Assembly (NCBI GenBank): GCA_035084275.1
Contig: CM068747.1
Location: 22,134,001-22,198,000 of the forward strand
Direction: 5' to 3'
DNA length: 64,000 nucleotides
Origin: Hydrolagus colliei
Lineage: Eukaryota
Part shown: positions 36,324-48,800 of the stretch, piece by piece
Position numbering within the stretch: position 1 is the stretch's first letter
How the letters are laid out: every line of letters starts with the position of its first letter
Program-made: the position numbers and the translations under genes
The notes under the pieces: generated by a model
What the model saw: only the letters and a program-made list of their open reading frames with translations
Databases searched by the model: none
What the model was told of the DNA's origin: nothing

Positions 36324-38226
36324 AGGGCTGTTCAGTTATCTAACGCTGCAGTGTTCCTCTCTACTGCAAATATGAGTATTAGGGACTGTCAAACACAACC
36401 GTAATGGATAGTGTAACCTATAAAAGACCAAGTTAAAGGGATTTAAATGGAGAAAGATCAAATAATGGGTGGAGCATTGGAGTTCTGAAAATTCAGGACA
36501 TTCCCACTGCCCGTAATCAGGCGTAGGACATTTCTTTACTGGTAGTTTTGTCTGCTAACTTCAAAATCTCTGCTATGTATTTTCATTTGTTGGACCAATG
36601 CACAAATACAAATACGCCAGTTACATTTTTGACTTCTGACAAAAAGCCACTTAAGGGATTTGTTGGGTGTGCCATTCTTAATAATGAGGAAATATGTTGG
36701 AAAGGTGACATTTTGTGAGAACTTGTGTTCTTTTTTATTCCCCAAACGACATGAAAATGAGTAGTTAAACGACAGATGATTAATTCATGAATAGAGGTGA
36801 TTTAAATGTTTTTGCAATTGTTTGGACCGACTAATCTAGGAGCTGTGAAAAGCGTTCTTCTCTTTATGACCAGCGCCTTGGGACATCCTTCCGATGTGAA
36901 AGGCGCTCTAAAATGTAATTGTGTTGTTGTTGCTGTGATTTAGAAACCATCAATTCATGTCTGGAACATGAATAAAACATGTTTGGGGTTTTAAATCTCA
37001 CTTCAACTCTTCTTATATTTCTTTAGAAGTCATTTGAACGGAAGCTGTTGTCTTTTGATTCAAGCCTTTCACTTTGTTTAGTAACTTGTCCATTGATTTC
37101 ATTGATTGACAGGCTGCTGTCAGAAAAGAAAACAGGTCATTTCTTTTTGGTCAGCCAAGTGTCTGACATATGCGGAAACCCATCATTAACCCATGCTTAA
37201 GGGTATCCAAACCAAGCTGAGATTTCCCTCCACCCTACCTACACATGGAAATCCCAGAGAGAGATTGTCGGAATGGAATGCACACTCTCTCCCTCGAGGG
37301 ACACATCTTGCTTACCTAATTTCAGCAAGTAGTAGGCACACATTGGCAAAATCCCAGGTTTGGGAATCCCAGAGAGTGCATTGGGATTACCGGGGGTTGA
37401 TGTTGCTGTCTGCAAAACGTTCTTGCTGCTTGAAAAGCTTGGAGCACCCTACCTGTTTGGGCTTTGGTTTGCAGGGTTGATAGGAGCCAAGGGGAATGAC
37501 TTCCTGCCTCATGAGTAAAACAACTCAATGAGGTGCATCTGAGATGAGATAGAAATTAGAGAAAGAGGAAATAGATTAGACCCGGCAAGATGCAGAGGTA
37601 AAATAACCAAATAAAAATAATGAAACATCCTAAAGCGGGCTTCTAAAGCTGGAAATGTTTTACTCTTGAATTGGAAACCACAGAGCAGATACCAGCAGAG
37701 GAGGAAGTGAGGTGCTTAATAATTTTGTTCCTCTGTATACACCAATTTCCTTCAAAGGGCTGAATATAATGGGAGGGTGGTTGTTATTCTGGATAAGATG
37801 AAAAATGTTTCTGACTCCGACCCAACCCATATAATTCTTGCATTTGATAATAACCCTTGCATTTGATAGAGCACCTTACCACATCCTTGAGTTGTCTGAA
37901 CACATTTTACAAAATACACTGTAAAGTAAATTGGTTGTATATTTTGTGGCTGAAACGCGGCAGCCAAAAGTGCCCAGCAGGGTCCCGCAGACAGTAGTGG
38001 ATTGAGTGACCTAATTATATAATAATACAACAATCATCCTTGCATTTGATATAGCATCTTATTGCATCATTGAGACATCTCAAAGCGCTTCACAGAAGTA
38101 TTGTCAGGTGGATTGACTGTATATTTTGTATATATAACAAATTATGATCATTATTTATTTGGGGGGAAAGGATTATTCACAGTAAATGTAAACTGTTACT
38201 GTATGTGTATGCAAACTATAGTTTGT

Positions 38227-38539
38227 GAAGTCCTGTAGCTCAGTGGTTAGAGCACTCACCTTGTAAGTGAAAGACCTACGTTCGATTCCAGGCAGGGCGA
38301 AACCTTGCTTAAGTTTGCTTACTCCACACGCCTGATAATAATCCCTCGAAAAACAATAATAACAATAAGTTGGCCATTATCTATCCACATCTGTTTGTGG
38401 GACAACACTGTGCGCAATTGGCTGCCGAGTTTCACCCACAGGTAAAACAGCCAAGTCACTTTACAGTATATTCTGTGACGTGCTTTGGGACGACTAGAAG
38501 ACGTGAAAAGCGCTGTATCAAATGCAAGCATGATTATTA
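38227..38539 (+). mobile_element. tRNA-derived SINE, full length
   Basis: TAGCTCAGTGGTTAGAGC A box, GTTCGATTCC B box, tail; a MITE is inserted in its (ATT)n end. Confidence 0.9.
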
Positions 38540-38844
38540 CAGGTTGATCGTCCTGAATCCGGCAACCTCGGGACCGAGGCCGAGCGGGTTTTCGTGTTTT
38601 TCCGGACTTCGGAACGTGTTTCTGATGTCCGAAGTCCGGAAACGCCTGAGCCCAGGTTCGGGTATTTCCGGACTCCGGAACGTCAGAAGCGCGTCCGGAA
38701 ATGCCTGGGCCCAGGTTGCGACATTTCCGGTTTTTGGACGTCACCTTGTAGGTGTCAGGGTGTCCGGATTCCGGAACATTTTACGGATTCCGGACGACCC
38801 TGCCACCAATCGTCCCGGAGTCCGGATTTTGGACGCTCAACCTG
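38540..38844. mobile_element. Tigger/pogo-like MITE (copy 2 of 2)
   Basis: Closely similar to 6809-7123; CAGGTTGA...TCAACCTG termini. Confidence 0.88.
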
Positions 38845-39339
38845 CATTACTATTATAAGAGCACTGGAGGAACAGAACCCCCCCCACCCCCCTCCCTCAT
38901 CCTTCTTTGAAACAATAATAATTTCAGGAACTCCATGCTCGTCACCCTGGGCTTTTGGTATGTGGTTTGAGTACTCCAGTAATAATAATAATAATAATCC
39001 TTGTATTCGATACAGCGCTTTGCACGTCTTCTAATCGTCTCAAAGCCCTTCGCGAAATATAGCGCCGTGTGACTGTGTTACTGTATTACCCGGTCATTTC
39101 TGGCAGTTCAAAAATCCCAAACCACAAAGCGCAAGGTCTATCATCATCAGTATTATGATTACTGTAGTATCATCACTGCAATGTCAGCATTCACAGTCAA
39201 TGTGAACTGTGATTGTGTGTGTGTGGGTGCAAGGTACAGTTTGGCCTCCTACATTAGCAGATTCAGCCAGCAGGCTGTGGGGGGCGCTGCTGAGCACTTG
39301 CTCTCACTCCACATCCCCCTCTCCCCCCCCCCCCCCCCC

Positions 39340-39800
39340 TCCCAACCACTCTGAGAAGTCACGTGAGCGGGAGGGAGCTGCGGCGGGGCCGGGAGGAAGC
39401 TGAGCCTCGCTCTGTGTGTGTGTGTGTGTGGGTGGGTGCGGCCGCCACCTCAAGCCTGAGTGAGGGAGAGAGAGTGAGGGGAGGGAACGGGCGTGAGGGA
39501 GAGAGAGTAAAGGAAGGAAACAGGTTAGTGGAGAGAGGGAGAGAGGGGGGAGGGGGGAGAGGAGGAAACTCACTCGCCTCCTTAAACACCCCCCGCCTCG
39601 CCCCACCCCCCGCCTGACCTGATCAACCGCCACCTTTTTGATTTTACCCGAGAGCACACGGTTTATCAGTCGCCGGTGAGGGAAGTGGGGAGAGAGAGAG
39701 AGAGACAGGGGGAGAGACAGACAGGGAGAGAGAGAGAGAGAGAGAGAGAGACTGTGCCCCGCGCTCCGCGCCATGTCCAGGGCGGTGATGTCGAGCCAGC
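39340..39800 (+). promoter_or_regulatory. NCKAP1 GC/CpG-rich promoter and 5'UTR
   Basis: CpG-rich; E-box GTCACGTGA at 39358-39366, GC boxes, (GT)n and (GA)n tracts; Kozak-like CGCCATGT. Confidence 0.65.
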
Positions 39801-39877
39801 AGAAGATCGCGGAGAAGCTGACCATTCTGAACGACAGGGGGGTTGGTATGCTGACCCGCATTTATAACATCAAAAAG
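39773..39877 (+). CDS. NCKAP1: NCKAP1 exon 1
   Basis: [35 protein letters not shown]|GTAAGG. Confidence 0.97.
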
Positions 39878-42800
39878 GTAAGGACTGCTCACACTCCCCC
39901 TCCCTCACTCCCCCTCCCTCACTCCCCCTCCGCCCCCTCCCTCACTCCCCCTCCCTCACTCCCCCTCCCTCACCCCCTCCGCCCCCTCCCTCACCCCCTC
40001 CGCCCCCTCCCTCACCCCCTCCGCCCACTCCCCCTCACTCACTCCCCCCCCCCTCACTCACTCCCCCTCCCCCCCTCCCTCACTCCCCCCCTCCCTCACT
40101 CACCCCCCTCCCTCACTCACCCCCCTCCCTCACTCACCCCCCTCCCTCACTCACCCCCCTCCCTCACTCACCCCCCTCCCTCACTCACCCTCTGCCCCCC
40201 TCCCTCACTCCCCCTCTGCCCCCCTCCCTCTTTCCCTTCTTCATTCGTAACCCCCCCCCATCTGCCTCCCTCCCTCTTCCTTCCTCCCCTCCCTCTCTCT
40301 ACTCCCTTCCTTCTCTACCCCCCTCTTTCCTCCTCCCCCTTACCGCCTCCCTCCCTTTTCCTCTCCCTCTCCCCCCCACCCCCTTCCTCTCCCCCTCCCC
40401 CCCCACCCCCTTCCTCTCCCCCTCCCCCCCCACCCCCTTCCTCTCCCCCTCCCCCCCCCACCCCCTTCCTCTCCCCCTCCCCCCCCCACCCCCTTCCTCT
40501 CCCCCTCCCCCCCCCACCCCCTTCCTCTCCCCCCCCACCCCCTTCCTCTCCCCCTCCCCCCCCCACCCCCTTCCTCTCCCCCTCCCCCCCCCCACCCCCT
40601 TCCTCTCCACCCCCCACCCCCTTCCTCTCCCCCTCCCCCCCTTCCTCTCCCCCTCTCCCCCTCCCCCCCTTCCTCTCCCCCTCTCCCCCTCCCCCCCTTC
40701 CTCTCCCCCCCCACCCCCTTCCTCTCCCCCCCCACCCCCCTTCCTCTCCCCCCTCCCCCCCCACCCCCTTCCTCTCCCCCCTCCCCCCCCACCCCCTTCC
40801 TCTCCCCCCTCCCCCCCCACCCCCTTCCTCTCCCCCCTCCCCCCCCACCCCCTTCCTCTCCCCCCTCCCCCCCCACCCCCTTCCTCTCCCCCCTCCCCCC
40901 CCACCCCCTTCCTCTCCCCCCTCCCCCCCCACCCCCTTCCTCTCCCCCCTCCCCCCCCACCCCCTTCCTCTCCCCCCTCCCCCCCCACCCCCTTCCTCTC
41001 CCCCCCCACCCCCTTCCTCTCCCCCCCCACCCCCTTCCTCTCCCCCCCCACCCCCTTCCTCTCCCCCCCCACCCCCTTCCTCTCCCCCCCCACCCCCTTC
41101 CTCTCCCCCCTCCCCCCCCACCCCCTTCCTCTCCCCCCTCCCCCCCCACCCCCTTCCCCTCCCCCCTCCCCCCCCACCCCCTTCCCCTCCCCCCTCCCCC
41201 CCCACCCCCTTCCTCTCCCCCCTCCCCCCCCACCCCCTTCCTCTCCCCCCTCCCCCCCCACCCCCTTCCTCTCCCCCCTCCCCCCCCACCCCCTTCCTCT
41301 CCCCCCTCCCCCCCCACCCCCTTCCTCTCCCCCCTCCCCCCCCACCCCCTTCCTCTCCCCCCTCCCCCCCCCACCCCCTTCCTCTCCCCCCTCCCCCCCC
41401 ACCCCCTTCCTCTCCCCCCTCTCTCCCTTCCCCCCCCCACCCCCTTCCTCTCCCTCCTCTCTCCCTTCCTCCCCTCCCCCCCGTTCTCTTCTTTCCCTCC
41501 CCCCTATCTTGTCCCTCATCTCTTCCTTCCCCCCATCTCTCCCTTCGTCCTTCTCTCTCAGGGTTTATAACCGCCTCCCTCTCGGCCGTCATTTTACAGC
41601 CTCCCAATATGTCCGGCCTAGTGCAGCCTCAGCCACCAGCCTATTGACAACCAGCTCTCACTCTGCACTCAACCTGCATCTGCTTTGGGCTCTTGGGTCC
41701 AGAGCCGTGTCTGTGTCCTTCCCCACTGTGCTTCACAGCTCAGTGTGTGAGGAGAGAGAAGGAATTAGTCAGCCTGTGTGTGTGTGTTTTTACAGTAGAT
41801 TATTTGTCCCTCCCTGCCTTTACAAGTCAGTTGCTCTCTTGATTTATCAACAAGACAAATGTCTCAGGGTTATTGTGTTCTACAACCCCCCCACCCCATC
41901 ATCACCTTACACAGTGTGATGTGCTGAGAGTGTAGCCCCCCCTCCCCCCCTAAAAAAAATGTCACCCAATCCCCAAATGCAGTAGCATCCCCAGCCTTTA
42001 TTTTGTCTTATTGTAGCACATCCAAGAAAATGTTTCCAGCTATAACAATTAAGTATTCTTATTTGCCTCGCCAGCTTTGAGAAATGCTGCATTTGTTTTT
42101 CTTCTCTCTGAAAGGAAATTGAGCTGAATTTACTACTCAAGTTGTGTTGCACTGTATTCAATTTTAAAGAACATTAAAAAAAATACAGTATATACTTTTC
42201 TCTGATTTGTTCTGGTTTATCTTTGAATTGTGTTGCAAATCTGGTCAGATGAAAGCTTTATCATTGAGTCTTGTGAAACCAAAGTGGTATTTTGGCCGGA
42301 TATATGTGGTTTCTGTTTGTGGTTGATAGAGGAAGTATTACAGGATTGCTTGAATGTTTAAGAACATCATTAACACTGCTTTGTTAAAAAAAAGTATGCT
42401 ACATGGTGGTGCAAAGTCGGCTCACTAGAGTAGGATTAATATATTTGTCCAGTAACAATAGAAATATTACTGACCTCAGATGTGTGAACATATACTGACA
42501 CTATCAACAAGAACAACAAACATTTCATTTATTGAGCGCCTTTCACATCGGGGGGGACCTCATACAGGCACTGCCTGTACAAAATTATTCTGTGCAGTTA
42601 CTTTGAAAGTTAATCAACCCTTCAGTTTATGTGGATAATTTCAAACTATTTTCATAATCCCAATTATCCAAGGATTATTGACTTGTCAGTTATACACAGT
42701 AATCATAGCCTGAAGTTTAAGACTTTTAAAAAAAATAGCAATAGCTAACCAAATATTTTACTGTACATTAGAACATTCTTTTCATTCAATCATTATATTT

Positions 42801-45800
42801 CAGTAGGTATAAGACGTATGAATAAATTGGAAGATGCATTGGAGATGCAGCCCAACTAATTGAAGCATATGCAGTACTGTATTTCAAACTTTTTTTTCAC
42901 AGGCAGTTAAGAAGGAAGCTTATTTTTGCAAGAAAATTGTTACATAAAGAAATTAATTGCTAATCATACAGCACTCAATAAATATATAGTTAATTTGATT
43001 TTAAGCTTTTCAGGCATTCTTTTCCATTTACTTTTATTATACCAAATTTTTAATCCCAACTGTAACATCTCTTAGTTAAAATAATTATTTTATGAAGCTT
43101 CAGGTAATTTCAAATTGTATTTGTGCAATGCAAATTCTAGGTTTGAATAAAACGTTGGTTACTCTTATGGTATATATAATTATTGAAGAAATCCATGTAA
43201 ATTGCATTTAGTTGTGCTGTTGGAAACGTCATGCCCAATAGTACAGTATATGTCACAGACTATGTTTGCAGAAAAATAGCCACTTTGACACTTGACCTTT
43301 AAATAAGAACTCTTCTCAGTTCAGATAATGACATGATACTTAGTTTACACAATTGGTGATTCTCAGTCAGATCTAATAGTGTCTAGTTCTCGTTCTTACA
43401 TTTGGTTGGATCATTATTTGCATGAATGTATCTTGTCCCACCAGGACTTGACAACAGTGTAAATGTTATCAGGCAAAATGTAATTTTGTTCTTTTAAAAA
43501 TAAATTGTTTTGAACATTCTTCGAATTCACCAGCACTTTGCCAGAAGAAAATCATTTCTGTAGAATAATTTGCCAGAAGAGAATCATTTCACTATTGTAT
43601 TTGGTTTAGCGATGTAAAAAAGCAAAGGGTAGTAATTGGTGACGAGTGTTCAGAAAGTGATGACTTGTTGACAAAATTTCAATTGCCTTTACGACCCATC
43701 CATGTTTATTTTCCCATTTTATAATTCTAGAATAAAACCAGTTTCATTGCAGGTTTTGTTTAAAATGCCAAATATCTGTCAAGGATTTCTACTAAATAAA
43801 ATCTATTTCAATGGTACTTTGGTTGATAACATTTAAACAATGCTGGAGTCCTGTAGCTCAATGGTTACAAGTTTGAGACCTGTGTTCGATTTCAGGCAGC
43901 TCAGGGCGAAACCGTGGGCAAGTTTCCTTACTCCACACGCCCAATAATAATCCCTCAAAAAAAAATGGATCATTTCAATCCACGACACTGCTGTGCGCAA
44001 TTGGCTGCCACATTTCACCCACAAAAACTACAGTCAATTCACTTTATTCTGTGAAGAGCTTTGAGATGTCTATAAGACGTGTAAAGCGCTATATCAAATG
44101 GAAGGATTATTATGCTAAATTGAATAGATTGTTGAAGAATTTCTAACAATATTATTCCTCAGTGTTTTCTAAAATATAAATATTTTCTTTGCACGATTAA
44201 ACAAATGGTGAGTACTATTGATTTGTATAAGAATATTTCATTTTGAATAAAAAGCAGTTTTAAGTTTCTCTATTTAGCATTGCAATGAAAGTTAGACAGC
44301 AGGATATCCAGCTCCATGTCATTCTTGGGATAATTTCTGTATCTCATCACCACCTGATTGTTCTTGATCGCCTTGTTTTGAATGGTTTTAATGTAAAATA
44401 TTAATAATCCTGGTTCCAGGTGTCTAGCAGAACCAAATTTTCAGGTAAGCATTTGCATGCGATCATTACAAAAAAAAACATAGGTCTGGAGGCATTAAGG
44501 ATGCTTTGTTTGACTTGTTTGACTGCTCATTGATTACAATTGAGGGGTGTGACGTGGTGGGATCAGTTGAGACACGGTGTCAATACTTCGCCCTCATTGG
44601 AAGGCTAGCTCCCTTGTGTTACACTGAGCAATTTGTTTTAGTTTTGTAGGGATATTTTGATCATTGGAACATGGAACTTTGCCACAAGTAGCTATTGAAT
44701 GTAAGATTGTAACATTCAAATTAAATTGGATAAATATTGGACTAGAGCATTTTTAAGATAGTTTGGAGAAAGAGCAAGGAATTCAGATTGGAATGCTGTA
44801 TATAGCTCTGATCGTGAAACTAGCTTCATTATATATTTGGTGTGAGGATAGAGTGATGCTTGAATGGAGAAATATTCTTGAAATGTGAGATGTACATTAA
44901 TGTTAAATGTACAAAATACTGAATTTACACTATTTCCTGAGTAGTCATGCTAATCAGTGTTCCATTTGTTGGTTTTGATGATACATTTTAATACTAAATT
45001 ACATTCATAATATATCCACATTTTTCAATGTGACAATGATCAGCTAATGTGATAATAGCAAATATCTTTAAATTTGTGGAGTGTTTGGACTCTGTCTTTT
45101 CCTTTCCTTAATAATTAGAATTTAAAGCTATTTTTCTATTCTGGGTATTACCTTGAGAGAATATTGATCTTTTGTGTTCAATATCCTCCTCCTCTCAGTG
45201 GAGTGCAGACTTTATGGAATGGCCGCATTTAGATCTTGATACAATACAAGCCTTTGTTGCCTGTTTAATTTGAACCAGAGATAGATTTTCTCACTGTTAT
45301 ATGGATATCCAGTAACTAACTAGCCAGAAGGTATTTCACCATTGTGTGATGGGTAGTTGTATTAGGTCAAGGTTTTAAAGTCAAACCGTTTTCATTGTGA
45401 AGTAGACTCAGTTGTTGTTCCACTTCACATGCTAGTTAGGGTATAAGAGAATTGAGAATAGCATACGTAGCATTGAATATAATGTTACTTGCCCATTACA
45501 AAGTTCTGGTTTTGAGATTCTCGACGATGTTGCTCTTGGACCATGTAACCAGAAGCAAGAAAACTAGCAAGGTCGTTCCAAATCTGAAGTCATCACTGAC
45601 AGGGTTAATGTTCTAGCCAAGGTATTTCAAATTCTCATACAGGGTGTGTTTTATTTTACTCAGTTGGGGTTACTGTGGAAAGATTAGACAAGAATGGTAA
45701 TTTTTTTTCAAATCACTGAAGTGCATTTCATACCAGTTAGACCAAGAAGTAGTCGATCAATGGTATGTGAAGATTGAATTGCAACATTTTGAGGCTGTGA

Positions 45801-48800
45801 GGAGCTAATTTTGTTGGGGAATCAAAACTAATCAATGTTATTGAATCAGATAAATTTCAATGCACAGAACTGTAGAAGTATCTGATATTTTTTGGAATAG
45901 AAATCCTAATTGTTTTATTTTATCCTATCTTGAAATAGTAACACTATGTTTGTTAATATAGTAGAACCCTGTTTATCCGTGACTCGATGCACCGGCACTT
46001 CCGTATAACCGGCACGCCCCCCCCAAAAAAAGTCCCCATTCGATAAATCGGAACTTATCCGGAACAATAGCATTGGAGCATTTGTAAATGCATAAATAAT
46101 ATCAGAATATTGCATTGGCACTCACCATCAAAACTATTCTCCTGCGCCCCTCATCCCCGCTGGTAGATGCTGCACTTGAAGCCATGATGCTGTAATTGAG
46201 GTTTTTGCAGTCCAGTGAACCCTCCCAAAATGGAGCACGCCAAGCAGGCGAAAAAAACGGAGCGTGTATGACTTCAAAGTCATACTAGCGGCAAGCCGAT
46301 AACGCTAGCCGATAACCCACATTGCTGCGCAGGTGCAGTATTTCGGTTTGCCACTAGTGGAGTCTAGGCTTCAGCTTGTAGCTAGTAAAGTCGGTCGACT
46401 TTAAAACACGCTGCCGCTTCTTTCACCCACCTGGCGCCCCTCATTCAAAAAAGAATCGCTGGACTGCAAACCCCAATCAGTAAAGTTGAGAAGCGCAAGA
46501 GAGCAGCCCCAACAACAAGCACCAACACAATACTCTGCCACTATCTGCTATTACCTAGTCTGGTGTCTGTGGTGTGTGTTAAAAGAATTGAAAAAAAATT
46601 GTACTGGATTTTCGGCCGCGGGCCACCCGAATATCCGGCAGGCGCTTTAACCGGCATTGGCCAGGTCCCGTGGGTGCCGGATAAATGGGCTTCTATTGGA
46701 TGTTAATGCAGAGTACATAGACATCACTTGTAGGTTTTTTTAGACTTTGTGTTGTAATTCAATATGTTTACAACATATTGAAATTATTTGACAGTTTCCA
46801 ATTTTGTGTTTTTATCTAATGTTTAGATCCAGAAGCACTATGCTACTAAAAGAAAGTTTGTGTTAATATGTATGACAATTGAAGGACATTATGATGCTTG
46901 GTTATATCATATTGATCTAAAAAGTTATTTTCAATTTAAATGTTTATGCTGAACTTGCATCAGATTTACTTTAAAATTCTGCAGGTTTGGAAAAGGCCTA
47001 CATACATCATCCGCTGTTACTCTAGCGATTTCTTTTCTCGTCAGTTGGGTGTCTATTCTCATCAGTACACTGAAGAGTATCTGAATCAGCCTGAGGGATC
47101 CACTTATTTCATTCCAGCCTGTGTCTGGAATGGAATGAACACACTCCCTGAGGGATGCACCAGTTCCAGAGAGCATAAGTGGCGGCCTGGCAAGGAACAG
47201 GCTGGGGAAACCCAGGGTATGCGCTTGGTTAGTGCTGGAGTTCAACCAGCTAAAACAGCAATTTGCAACTGATAGCCTATCTGGAAAGCTTCCCATCAGT
47301 TGTCCAGTTAAGGACCACCCTATCGATTAGGGCTTTGTTTTTCATGATTAACAGGAGCTGATTGGGAAGAATCCAGGCTTCCAGTGTTTGGTCTGTCATC
47401 AGCTGCTCTCTGGAATACTGTACGAAGTCTACAACAAACAGTGCATCATTCCAAAAAAGATTAGTTTTTTTTATTTTCAAACTGGAAGTTCCATGTATTC
47501 TGTGTGCTTAATTATCACATTATTAGCCACTTAATAGACTGTTTCAAATGAACTTGTTTGCATTTTCTTCCTGTCCAAATGAAGGTGATCGATCTCCCCA
47601 GATCTTCTGCATGCTCTTGTAGATTGCTTTGCATGTAATTTGCCTGCCTTCTGACAAGTTACCAGTGTTTCTACTGTGCTCATTAGTGTATGATATCAAC
47701 TTAGTGATTAGTGTAAGAACTTTATAAATTTGATGACCACAAGTAGACATATTATAGTATTGCATGGATCCTTTTCTTTCACAGTCGTACATGGATAGAA
47801 GACGGTCTGACCTCCACTAGAGATTTCTAATTTCATTTGAATCTTTGCCCTTTTTACACATTATGTATATTAGGCATTTAATCAATCGGATAACCCCAAA
47901 GCTTTAATGTAGAAGCATGCCAGATGTTGGAAACTTGTGTTTACATGTGTTTTCTCTTTCTGTTACAATGCTTCCACAGCAAGGACAAGTTTGGAAGGTT
48001 TGCAAAGCTTTTCACCTTCCTTCTGCTATCAGACCAGTCTCATCACCCATAACTTCTCTTTGAAAATCACAATACAGTATATAGAAAATGATAAAGGGAT
48101 TATCCCTAATCTAGCCATTAATTTTTTAAAAAAAACTGTAGACTAATTTAGTTTAGGAATAACTTGTATCCAACTTTATATGAATTTGTAGTTCCTCAAA
48201 GAATGCAAACTCTGTTTATAAATTTATTTAAGAGTTTCCCCGTAAAATTGGTTCTTCAAAATCTTCCTTTAGATTGAATGAAAATAGCTAAGCAGAAATA
48301 ATTTAAAGATGAGTCTACTATGCTTAAAATAGAGTTTGATTAATGAAAGGGAAATAGTTCTATTGCTATTTAAGTATAGGAAGTGTAAAATGTTTCTTCT
48401 ATTTACTCAACCAGGATGATCTGAGCACATAATGCATAACCAGAGCACTACGAGAATGATGCTACTGATAACTTCTTGAAGTTTGCAACCGATCAGCTTT
48501 GAATAACCTTATAGTCGCTACCTCAATATCCTTTAGATTCAAATACAAACATCTTCCTCCCTTAGGACTGAATCCCTTCACTCAGTGCTGTTGCTTTCAA
48601 TCCTTATGCAGTGCGTTTGTGGCACATCTTGTTTTCTATCTCCCATTACATCCTCGAGCTGTGACGATCCCTTGCACTTCTCTCTTCATTTGTTCACCTA
48701 TTCACTCAAACCGGTAGTAAGCTTCAATAACTGGTTACTCCTGGGTGAAAATGTTAGCTATAACTACTATATATTAATTAAACAACATTCCAAGGCTTTG

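Noticed and set aside
38227-38300. tRNA gene
   Set aside because: It is a SINE head that continues into the SINE body; the anticodon position varies among copies (TGC/TAC/TGT)
39773-41647. 624-aa proline-rich ORF and antisense Gly/Arg/Glu-rich ORFs
   Set aside because: Only the first 35 codons are NCKAP1 exon 1; the rest is read-through past a GTAAGG donor into a stop-free C-rich minisatellite
43537-43590. 22-bp direct repeat TTTGCCAGAAGA(A/G)AATCATTTC
   Set aside because: Two copies only, mid-intron; ordinary slippage duplication
46978-47000. Second QVWK-like sequence (CAG GTT TGG AAA) in NCKAP1 intron 1
   Set aside because: No matching donor and no QG start; probably chance similarity to the true microexon at 47980
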